In this document: positions 42,362-49,619 of the stretch, piece after piece | Layout: each line of letters opens with the position of its first letter | How positions within the stretch are numbered: the stretch's first letter is position 1 | Assembly: GCA_938003595.1 (NCBI GenBank) | Contig: CALKYH010000117.1 | Coordinates: 1-49,619 of the forward strand | Direction: 5' to 3' | DNA: 49,619 nt | DNA from: an uncultured bacterium | Lineage (GTDB): Bacteria; Planctomycetota; Phycisphaerae; Phycisphaerales; UBA1924 | Made by a program: the position numbers and the translations under genes | The notes under the pieces: generated by a model | The model's database searches: none | Told to the model about the DNA's origin: nothing | What the model saw: the letters and a program-made list of their open reading frames with translations, nothing else

Positions 42362-42480
42362 GATGGGGGGACGATACGCGGGCGTGTCAGGCGGGACCGC
42401 GGCTGTCAAGGGCGTGGACGGGCGTGGATATCCAGTCGGCGGCGTGGCGCCGGAGGTCGGCGGGCGTACCGTTGCACGCC

Positions 42481-44172
42481 ATGAGCACGGATGCGGGCAT
42501 GCTTGGTTTTGATGGAGCCAACGGCTCCGGGGGCGGCCCCGGGGGCGGGAAGGGCCGGCGCGGGTTCAGCGGGGGACGGCCGCCGGTGGATGTGCGGAAG
42601 CTGTTCGATCGCCTGCCTCCCCACGCGCTGGAGGCGGAGATGTCGCTGCTGGGGTCGATGATCCTCGATCCCAAGGTCACGGGCGACATCATCAGCCTGG
42701 TGCCCAGCGGCGCCGCGTGCTACACGCCCGAGCACGCCGCGATCTTCGACACCCTCATCGAGCTGTACGACAAGCACCAGTCCGCCGACCTGGTGCAGCT
42801 GACCCAGCGCCTGCGCGACCGCGATGTGCTGGAGAAGATCGGCGGCGAGGACTACCTGCTGCGCCTGGCCGAGCAGGTGCCCAGCAGCGTGAACGCGCCG
42901 CACTACGCGAAGATCGTCGCGGAGAAGTGGCGGCTGCGGAAGCTGATCGACGCCGCGGGCGAGATCCTCTACGAGGCGTTCCACGCCGGCGAGATGGGGC
43001 CCGAGGGCGCGGGCGAGGCGGTGGACCGGGCCGAGCAGCGGATCTTCGAGATCGCCGAGGCCCAGGAAAGCGGCGACGCCCAGCGCCTGTCCGACCTGCT
43101 GCAGGGCATCTACGACACGCTGGAGGACAACCGCGGCAGCCGCCTGGTCACCGGCGTCACCACGGGCTACTACGACCTGGACGAGATGACCAGCGGCCTG
43201 CAGCCGGGCGAACTGATCATCATCGCGGCCCGCCCCTCGATGGGTAAGACCGCGCTGACGCTCAACCTCGCGGAGCAGATCGCCCTCGGCGGCCCCCCGG
43301 GCGTGAAGATGTCCACGCCGGCGCCGGTCGCCATCTTCTCCATGGAAATGTCGCGCCAGTCCGTCGCCCAGCGCTTCATGTGCGCGCGGTCGGGCATCGA
43401 CTCCCACGCCCTGCGCACGAACCGGCTCAGCGACAGCGACTTCACCATGCTCGGCGGCGCCATGGACGAGCTCAAGGACGCGCCGATCTTCGTGGACGAC
43501 ACCCCCGCCCTGAGCATCCTCGGCCTGCGCGCCCGGGCCCGCCGCCTGGTCGCCCGCCACCAGGTCAAGTGCATCATGATCGATTACCTCCAGCTCATGA
43601 CGGCGCCGAGTTCATCGGAGAGCCGGCAGGTGGAGGTCTCGGCGATCAGCCGCGGCGTGAAGGCGCTGGCGCGGGAGCTGAACATCCCCGTCGTCTGCCT
43701 CTCCCAGCTCAACCGCGCCGCCGAGCAGCGCGAGGGCCACCGCCCGCGCATGAGCGACCTGCGCGAGTCGGGCTCCATCGAGCAGGACGCGGATGTCATC
43801 ATGCTCCTGCACCGCGAGGAGTACTACCACCAGGCCGACCCCGCCTGGATGAACGACCCCGACAACGAGGACAAGATCGGCCTCGCGGAGCTGATCATCG
43901 CCAAGCAGCGCAACGGCCCGACGGGCGTGGCGAGCATGCACTGGGACTCGCGGACGATGCGCTTCAAGAACCGCACCAGCGGCCCCCGCGTGGCGCCGCC
44001 GCCCGACATCGCCGCCCGCGAGGAGCGGGGCTGGTCCCCCGTCGTCCAGACCCCCGGCGGCGGTGGAGGCGGCGCCTTCACGCCCTCGCGCAAGGAGCCC
44101 CCGCCGTTCCGCACGCGGGACGACGGGCCGGGGCTGGCGCCGATCGAGTTCGATGACGATCTGCCGGTGTAG
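42481..44172 (+). CDS. dnaB: Replicative DNA helicase DnaB with a 66-aa non-canonical C-terminal tail
   Basis: PPHALEAEMSLLGSMILDP (N-domain), GELIIIAARPSMGKTALTLNLA (Walker A), CIMIDYLQLM (Walker B), SRGVKALARELNIPVVCLSQLNR, LRESGSIEQDADVI, IIAKQRNGPTG. The start is uncertain (GTG 42424, ATG 42481 or ATG 42499). The tail ends ...APIEFDDDLPV. Confidence 0.9.
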   Translation: MSTDAGMLGFDGANGSGGGPGGGKGRRGFSGGRPPVDVRKLFDRLPPHALEAEMSLLGSMILDPKVTGDIISLVPSGAACYTPEHAAIFDTLIELYDKHQSADLVQLTQRLRDRDVLEKIGGEDYLLRLAEQVPSSVNAPHYAKIVAEKWRLRKLIDAAGEILYEAFHAGEMGPEGAGEAVDRAEQRIFEIAEAQESGDAQRLSDLLQGIYDTLEDNRGSRLVTGVTTGYYDLDEMTSGLQPGELIIIAARPSMGKTALTLNLAEQIALGGPPGVKMSTPAPVAIFSMEMSRQSVAQRFMCARSGIDSHALRTNRLSDSDFTMLGGAMDELKDAPIFVDDTPALSILGLRARARRLVARHQVKCIMIDYLQLMTAPSSSESRQVEVSAISRGVKALARELNIPVVCLSQLNRAAEQREGHRPRMSDLRESGSIEQDADVIMLLHREEYYHQADPAWMNDPDNEDKIGLAELIIAKQRNGPTGVASMHWDSRTMRFKNRTSGPRVAPPPDIAAREERGWSPVVQTPGGGGGGAFTPSRKEPPPFRTRDDGPGLAPIEFDDDLPV

Positions 44173-44175
44173 GGC

Positions 44176-45918
44176 TCAGCCGCCGCAGTCGTCGCCGAGC
44201 TGCGACAACACGAGGTTCAGGTCCGCGAAGCCCACGGCGCCGTCGAGGTCCAGATCGGCGTCGAAGTCGTAGGCGGGCCCGAGGACGACGGAGTTGAAGG
44301 CGCCCAGCACCTCGTTGAGGTCGGCGAAGTCGACGAATCCGTCGCCGTTGGTGTCGGCGGAGCAGAAGGAGACGGGAGTGGCGGCGATGATGGCGGAGGA
44401 GCCGTCGGTGAACAGCGCCGAGGCAACGATGGTTCCATCATCATTGAAGGAACGCGGCAGGCCGGCCTGTGGCGACGGATGCAGCCGGAGAGATGTGATC
44501 CTGGCGATGATGCGAATGTCGCCAGACTCGATCTCGATGTGTTGGCCGACCCGCATGCCGAGCACCTGTGATCCGGTTCGACCCACAATCCACAGGCCTG
44601 TGTCGTAGGCGCCCGAGTCGCCGTCGCTGGTCTCGAAACCCGCGAAGATCGCCGACTGGCCAGCGTTGTTGATCATGCCCGATTCGAGGCGGACGTCCAA
44701 TCGGATTCCGGCAGGAGTTCCCGCGGGGTGAGTCTCGTCGATCACCACTGGTGTGATCGCGGCGCCGTCATGACGCCAATACCCGTTGATCAGCTGGTTC
44801 GAGTCGAAACCATAGAACAGAATCTCATCGGAATCATTCAGCCCGGGATACTCGACATAGGTGAAGACACCGTCGGGGCCGAGCCCTGGGGCAGCGTCGC
44901 CCGTGCGCACGACGAGTCCCAGTGCGCCCGTCCTGTCCGACCAGATGCCGTGACGAGTGAGGTCCTCGACTCCTGGCCCCTGCAGAGACGCGCGGAATGC
45001 GACATGCCCCGCGTCGTTGAGCGTCGGTGGGTCATGGAGGAACTGGAAACTGGCCAGGCCGTCGGTGTCGGGCGCGACCGTCTGTTCCAGAGCAATTGGG
45101 ATCGTTGCGCCGGCTGATTCGACAAGGATGCCGGCGGCAGACGGCGATCCGGGTTGCACCAAGTATGCGAGGAACCCAAGCATTCCTGCCGCGTTGATCG
45201 CGGGCTGGTAGTCGTACGACGAGATCGCGAGGTAGGTCATGCCAGGGACAGGAGCCTCTTGACCCTCGATCGCCACAGCCGAGAGCACGCCATCGCAATA
45301 GGTCCAGATGCCATCCAGCACGCCCCTCGGACTGTCGAGGGTTGCTTCGAACGCGGCGGCTCCGCCGAGACCGCCCGTGATCCAATCGAAGGCGCGAAAC
45401 GTCGAGCCCGCATCAGCTCCGGGCGCTGCCTGCGATTGAAGCGCGATCAGACCGAGTTCGTTGTCAACCTCCGTCCAGGCGGCGCTGAGGTTGGATCCGG
45501 TGGTGGGAAGACGGACTGTTCCGATCACCGAAAGACGTCCATCGCGCGAGAGCGTCCACTTCGACGGGTGGATGCCACTGACATAGGCGTCGATCGCGGC
45601 GGCCGGCACAGGATCTCGTGTGCGCAAGAGAAGCGTCAGGGTCTCATCCCGATCGAGCCAGATCCCCTGATTGTTCTGAGATGTAACGCCCGGTCCGCTC
45701 AGCACGCCCCGGAAGGCAACATCGCCGTCTTCGTCGAGCGTCGGCCCGGCGAGTCCTGTAGGACTAAAGACCACCCCCGGCCCCAGCCCGGGCCCCAGCG
45801 GTCCGTCCGTTCCAGAAAGCGCGATGATGCGCCGCTGCACCGGGTCCGCGGCGGCGTGACCGGCGGCAAGCGCGAGCCCCAGAACGATGCAACCGGCGAC
45901 GCTGATGTGTGAAGGCAT
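44176..45918 (-). CDS. Secreted tandem-repeat (NxxGxxAF-like) protein with C-terminal Cys-bracketed dockerin-like module
   Basis: ATG 45918 with GGGAGGG 8 nt upstream; signal MPSHISVAGCIVLGLALAAGHAAA; 580 aa. Roughly 65-aa repeats each contain (N/D)xxGxxAF-like cores (LDEDGDVAFRG, INAAGMLGFLA, LNDAGHVAFRA, INNAGQSAIFA, FNDDGTIVASA). Each also has a (G/D)GIW / GLW motif. Confidence 0.75.
   Translation of the reverse strand: MPSHISVAGCIVLGLALAAGHAAADPVQRRIIALSGTDGPLGPGLGPGVVFSPTGLAGPTLDEDGDVAFRGVLSGPGVTSQNNQGIWLDRDETLTLLLRTRDPVPAAAIDAYVSGIHPSKWTLSRDGRLSVIGTVRLPTTGSNLSAAWTEVDNELGLIALQSQAAPGADAGSTFRAFDWITGGLGGAAAFEATLDSPRGVLDGIWTYCDGVLSAVAIEGQEAPVPGMTYLAISSYDYQPAINAAGMLGFLAYLVQPGSPSAAGILVESAGATIPIALEQTVAPDTDGLASFQFLHDPPTLNDAGHVAFRASLQGPGVEDLTRHGIWSDRTGALGLVVRTGDAAPGLGPDGVFTYVEYPGLNDSDEILFYGFDSNQLINGYWRHDGAAITPVVIDETHPAGTPAGIRLDVRLESGMINNAGQSAIFAGFETSDGDSGAYDTGLWIVGRTGSQVLGMRVGQHIEIESGDIRIIARITSLRLHPSPQAGLPRSFNDDGTIVASALFTDGSSAIIAATPVSFCSADTNGDGFVDFADLNEVLGAFNSVVLGPAYDFDADLDLDGAVGFADLNLVLSQLGDDCGG
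44179..44364 (-). other. Cys-bracketed dockerin-like double repeat coding segment
   Basis: C-SADTNGDGFVDFADLNEVLGAF ... DADLDLDGAVGFADLNLVLSQL-GDD-C-GG. G+C is clearly higher here than in the rest of the gene. Confidence 0.7.
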
Positions 45919-46123
45919 GGGGCCAACCCTCCCAGAGAGTGCTGATCGGCGGCGCCGCGGTCTCGCGGCAACCATCTAAGGGTACAGCCCGGCCGGAAGG
46001 GAGCCAGCGAAATCTGCCGAATCGCCGATCCCGACTATTGCGCCTCCCGGCCCGAACCGTCCGACTGAATAGGTCTCCCCGCCGGGTCAACCCCTGCCCC
46101 ATCGACCCCCTCCGTCCTGCACC

Positions 46124-46897
46124 ATGGTCGTCCCCCCCCAATCCTTCACCCAGCAGGCGCGCCTGGCGATCACCCTCGCGTGGGTCGCGGGCTACACCAA
46201 CACGGTCGCGCTGGTCGCCTGCGGCGCCGCGGTGTCGCATGTCTCGGGCACCACCTCGCGCCTGGGCATCGACGCGGCGGAGGGCCGCTGGGCCGCGGGG
46301 CTCTTCGCGCTGTTCCTGCTCGTGAGTTTCTTCCTCGGAGCGCTCGCCTCCGGCGCGTGCAGCGAGATCGCGCGCCGGCGGGGCTGGGCCTCCGCCTTCG
46401 CGCTCCCGATCGCCGTGGAGGCGGCGCTGCTCCTGCTGTTTGCGCTGGGGCTGGAACTGAGCGCCCCGGAGTCACGCTCGGGCGGGACGACGCTCTACAC
46501 GCTGACCGGCGTGGCGACGATGGCCATGGGCCTGCAGAACGCGACCATCACGCGCATCTCCTCCGGCGTCGTGCGCACCACCCATGTCACCGGCGTCCTG
46601 ACCGACCTGGGCATCGAGACCGCCCAGTGCCTGCTGTGGTTGTCGGAGAAGCGATCGGTCCGAGCGATGCACACGCACCCCGCGGCCCGCCGCCTCGCCC
46701 TGCTCGTCTCGATCATCGGCAGCTTCGCCCTGGGCGCGGGGCTGGGCGCCTTCGCGTACGGCGCCATCGAGCGCTGGGCCATGAACCCGCCCGTGCTGTT
46801 CCTCATCTGGCTGATCTACCGCGACCTGAAGAGCCCGATCGCCCGGTTCAGGACGCCCCCTCGGACGACCCCGGAGCGCGAGGCGCCGCTGGGCTGA
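46124..46897 (+). CDS. DUF1275 (YoaK-like) family inner-membrane protein
   Basis: 257 aa with six hydrophobic segments. Family-typical stretches: AGYTNTVALVACG..VSHVSGTTSRLG and MGLQNATITRISSGVVRTTHVTGVLTDLGIE. Confidence 0.8.
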   Translation: MVVPPQSFTQQARLAITLAWVAGYTNTVALVACGAAVSHVSGTTSRLGIDAAEGRWAAGLFALFLLVSFFLGALASGACSEIARRRGWASAFALPIAVEAALLLLFALGLELSAPESRSGGTTLYTLTGVATMAMGLQNATITRISSGVVRTTHVTGVLTDLGIETAQCLLWLSEKRSVRAMHTHPAARRLALLVSIIGSFALGAGLGAFAYGAIERWAMNPPVLFLIWLIYRDLKSPIARFRTPPRTTPEREAPLG

Positions 46898-46919
46898 GGT
46901 CGCCCTTCCCCCTGGGGGG

Positions 46920-47987
46920 TCAGGGAAGTTTGACATCCGCGGGGTTGTTGATGGTCACGCCGCTGACATTGTGGAATCGGAGGGATTCCTCCGTCGCGCG
47001 GATGCCGGTGAACACGCTGCCGCCGGGGTACCACGGCGCCGCGTTGGTGCGGGACTCGGTCTGCGTCATCGAGCCCGCGTGCCCGTCGAAGTAGACGACC
47101 ATGATCTTGTCGCGGTGCCGGTACGAGAGCCTGGCGTTGTGCGGGTGGACATTGCCGCTGGAGTGGTTCTCGTCGGCGAATTCCGGCGTGGTCGGCGCCC
47201 GCCCGTACTCGCGCGAGGCGGTGTAGATCGGCGTGGAGGAGGTGAACGAGCCGTAGTACTTGGGGTTCGGGTGGGCGTCGAAGTCCAGGTGATCGCGCGA
47301 GGCCAGGTAGCGCGTGCCGTCGGCCAGGAACACCTTGTCGGACATGCGCGTGCCGACGCGGTAGAGCAGCGGCTTGTAGCTGCTGGGCGTCACCGCGGGC
47401 CCGGCCCAGGTGTATTTCTTGCCCGGCGCCGTCCACTCGCCGCTGGTCACCGGCTTGCCGAGCAGGTGGAAGGGCCCCGGCGAGAGGTACGAGATCTGCC
47501 GGATCTCTTCCTGGGCCATCAGCTCGCGGAAGTCCGCGATGTCGCCGGCGCTCAGGCCCCAGGCCGCGTCGTTGTCGCGCGTGGTTCCGGGGCAGCCCAG
47601 GTCCTCGAAGATCTGCTTCGTCCGCCGCGCCCGGTTGGGGCTGAGCTTGGCCTCGTCGCCCATGACCGGGCTGATCCAGTCGAAGACCGTCGTGGGCGTG
47701 GTGGGGGTGGTGTCGCCCAGCAGCTCCAGCGCCGCGGCGTAGTTCCGCATGTACCGCAGCCCCGTGACATTCACCCCGGGGATCTGGTCGTTGTGGCTCT
47801 GCGCCCAGGACATCGTCCCGACATGCAGCCGGCGCTGCTGCGCCGTGCACGCCGCCTCGCGCGCGGCGTCGCGCGTGATGGACAGCGCCGGCACGAGCAC
47901 GCCGACGAGCAGCGCGACGATCGCCGTGACGACCAGCGCCTCGATGAGTGTGAACGCCGCCCGATGTGATGTGTGGTGCCCCACCAT
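46920..47987 (-). CDS. DUF1559 family protein with prepilin-type N-terminal cleavage/methylation segment
   Basis: AAFTLIEALVVTAIVALLVGVLVPAL near the N-terminus. C-terminal H-X9-DG-like motif (HRDKIMVVYFDGHAGS). This is the planctomycete-expanded family architecture. Confidence 0.85.
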   Translation of the reverse strand: MVGHHTSHRAAFTLIEALVVTAIVALLVGVLVPALSITRDAAREAACTAQQRRLHVGTMSWAQSHNDQIPGVNVTGLRYMRNYAAALELLGDTTPTTPTTVFDWISPVMGDEAKLSPNRARRTKQIFEDLGCPGTTRDNDAAWGLSAGDIADFRELMAQEEIRQISYLSPGPFHLLGKPVTSGEWTAPGKKYTWAGPAVTPSSYKPLLYRVGTRMSDKVFLADGTRYLASRDHLDFDAHPNPKYYGSFTSSTPIYTASREYGRAPTTPEFADENHSSGNVHPHNARLSYRHRDKIMVVYFDGHAGSMTQTESRTNAAPWYPGGSVFTGIRATEESLRFHNVSGVTINNPADVKLP

Positions 47988-48109
47988 AGAGGAGTGAAGG
48001 TAGGAACCGAAGGCGGGAGCGTGCGAGCGGGGCGGGTTGTCAGTTCATTGTTTGGCGTCGGTCCCGGGGGGCAGTGGAGATGCTGTGGAGAATTGGCGGC
48101 GCCGGGCGC

Positions 48110-48143
48110 AATGCAAAGCGGCCTCCCCGGGTGGGGAGGCCGC
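48110..48143 (-). terminator. Rho-independent terminator downstream of clpC
   Basis: Perfect 11-bp stem GCGGCCTCCCC / GGGGAGGCCGC with a 4-nt loop (48118-48143). On the minus strand it is followed by TTTGCATTG. It lies about 45 nt after the clpC stop (48189). Confidence 0.55.
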
Positions 48144-48188
48144 GAAAGGTGCGTGGGATGAGATCGCCGCTCGGCGCGGGGGCGCGGG

Positions 48189-49619
48189 TCAGGTGGAGCC
48201 GGCGCCGACGCTCTTGGCGGGGCTGTCGACGGCGAGGCCCTCGAAGAACAGGTGGTCCTGCTCGTCCTTGCGGGTGACGGTGACGCGCCCCTTGCCCTTG
48301 AACTCGCCCGAGAGCAGCGACTCCGAGAGCGGGTCCTCGATGTAGGTGCCGATGGCGCGACGCAGCGGGCGGGCGCCGAAGTCGGGGCTGTAGCCCTTCT
48401 CGATCAGGAAGTCCTTGGCCTTCTGATCGATCTCGAGCACGATGCCCTGCTCGGCCAGGCGCTTGGTGACCTTGTTCGCCTCGTACTCGACGATCGTGTT
48501 GAGGTCTTCCTTGGTCAGCGGACGGAACACGATGACATCGTCGAGGCGGTTGATGAACTCGGGGCGGAAGTAGCGCTCGATCTCCTTGAGGAGCACGGTC
48601 TTGATGTTGTCGAAGGAGGTCTGCTGGTCGCGGTTGCCGAAGCCGAACCCGCCGCCGCCCTTGATGAGGTCGGCGCCGATGTTCGAGGTCATGATGAGGA
48701 TGGCGTTGCGGAAGTCCACATGCCGGCCGAACGAGTCGGTCAGGCGGCCTTCCTCCATGATCTGCAGGAGCATGTTGAACACATCGGGGTGCGCCTTCTC
48801 GACCTCGTCGAGCAGGATGACCGAGTACGGCCGCCGGCGGACGCGCTCGGTGAGCTGGCCGCCCTCTTCGTAGCCGACGTACCCGGGGGGCGCGCCGACC
48901 AGGCGGGAGACATTGTGCTTCTCCATGTACTCGGACATGTCGAGCTGGATGAGCGCCTCTTCGTCGCCGAACATGAACTCGGCGAGGGCCTTGGACAGCA
49001 GCGTCTTGCCGACGCCCGAGGGGCCGACGAAGATGAACGAGCCCATGGGGCGCTTGGGGTCCTTCAGGCCGGCCCGGGCGCGCCGGATGGCGCGGGAGAT
49101 GGCCTTCACGGCGTCGTCCTGGCTGACGACCTTCTTGTGCAGCTCGTCCTCGAGGTGCAGCAGGCGGTCGGCCTCCTCGGACTCCAGGCGCGTCAGCGGC
49201 ACGCCGGTCATCTTGGACACGACCTCCGCGACGACTTCCTCGTCCACGGCGCCGTCGAACTCGCCGGCCTTGCGCTCGCGCCAGGCGCGCTGGCGCTCTT
49301 CCTTCTCACGACGCAGCTGCTCGGCCTTGTCGCGCAGCTCCGCGGCGCGCTCGTAGTCCGCGCCCTTCACGGCCTCGTCCTTCTCGATGGACAGGCGCTC
49401 GATCTGCTCCTCGAGGTCGGCCAGGTCCGGCGGCTTGGCCATGCTGCGGATGCGCACGCGGGCGCCCGCCTCGTCGAGGATGTCGATGGACTTGTCCGGC
49501 TGCACCCGGCCGGTGATGTACCGGCTGGACAGGTCGACCGCCGCCTGGATCGCGGCGTCGGTGATGTGCACGCGGTGGTGGGCCTCGTACTTGTCGCGCA
49601 GGCCCTTGAGGATCTCGAC
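48189..49619 (-). CDS. clpC: ATP-dependent Clp protease ATP-binding subunit ClpC (C-terminal ~476 aa; N-terminus lies beyond the window)
   Basis: The reading frame is open to the window edge. End of D1 (ITDAAIQAAVDLSSRYI..R..PDKSIDILDEAG). Short UVR-like linker (YERAAELRDKAEQLRREKE) rather than the long ClpB M-domain. D2 Walker A GPSGVGKT, Walker B ILLDEVEKAH, sensor/arginine finger region, GFGF ClpP-loop-like tripeptide, GARPLRRAI. Confidence 0.92.
   Translation of the reverse strand, partial: VEILKGLRDKYEAHHRVHITDAAIQAAVDLSSRYITGRVQPDKSIDILDEAGARVRIRSMAKPPDLADLEEQIERLSIEKDEAVKGADYERAAELRDKAEQLRREKEERQRAWRERKAGEFDGAVDEEVVAEVVSKMTGVPLTRLESEEADRLLHLEDELHKKVVSQDDAVKAISRAIRRARAGLKDPKRPMGSFIFVGPSGVGKTLLSKALAEFMFGDEEALIQLDMSEYMEKHNVSRLVGAPPGYVGYEEGGQLTERVRRRPYSVILLDEVEKAHPDVFNMLLQIMEEGRLTDSFGRHVDFRNAILIMTSNIGADLIKGGGGFGFGNRDQQTSFDNIKTVLLKEIERYFRPEFINRLDDVIVFRPLTKEDLNTIVEYEANKVTKRLAEQGIVLEIDQKAKDFLIEKGYSPDFGARPLRRAIGTYIEDPLSESLLSGEFKGKGRVTVTRKDEQDHLFFEGLAVDSPAKSVGAGST

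Noticed and set aside
1-49619. Canonical defence, toxin-antitoxin, CRISPR-Cas, prophage or transposon content
   Set aside because: No Cas-like, restriction/methylase, Abi, TIR/STING/CBASS-like, integrase, transposase, terminase or capsid motifs appear in any credible ORF. No inverted terminal repeats or repeat-spacer arrays were seen.

Overview
High-GC (about 70% by eye), gene-dense bacterial chromosomal segment. It holds about 37 protein-coding genes, the 3' end of a tRNA-Lys(CUU), four to five hairpin terminators and one short intergenic repeat present twice. All calls come from reading the supplied ORF translations and the DNA by eye; no searches were run, so family names are motif-based recollections.

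Lineage markers point to a planctomycete, probably Phycisphaerae-like. These are a DUF1559 protein with a prepilin-type N-terminus, a chlamydial-type Hc1 mini-histone, squalene-hopene cyclase, PEP-CTERM-like tails and many dockerin/EF-hand-like C-terminal modules.

Content falls into three groups:
- Housekeeping: purH, ribE, zwf, pdxH, nnrE, dnaB, clpC, murG, ftsW, ymdB, a fabZ-like gene and a DegT-type aminotransferase.
- Signalling: a Ser/Thr kinase with a TolB-type propeller, a multi-PAS histidine kinase, two receiver-only response regulators and a GGDEF cyclase.
- Envelope and secreted proteins: an S8 protease, a LamG protein, a parallel beta-helix protein, a PhoX/DUF839-like propeller, an NxxGxxAF-repeat protein, a BamB-like lipoprotein, an MscK-like channel, a GT2 and an NhaP-type antiporter.

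I see no CRISPR array, transposase, integrase, rRNA or recognisable canonical defence or toxin-antitoxin system. I cannot point to one clear-cut novel multi-gene system. The observations I consider most worth follow-up are:
1. DnaB has a 66-residue disordered tail ending in an SSB-like acidic tip (IEFDDDLPV).
2. A tight ftsW-murG-(unknown 216 aa)-GGDEF operon occupies the place of the usual murC...ftsQAZ genes in a lineage that lacks FtsZ.
3. Four unrelated secreted proteins carry a dockerin-like anchor module, three of them Cys-bracketed. Two further proteins carry PEP-CTERM-like tails.
4. One dockerin-tailed gene is compositionally mosaic.
5. An Hc1 mini-histone is translationally coupled to a FabZ-like dehydratase.
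6. A 32-nt hairpin-forming element (30/32 identical) sits just downstream of two unrelated stop codons.

The many very long antisense or out-of-frame ORFs in the track are treated as high-GC shadow ORFs.
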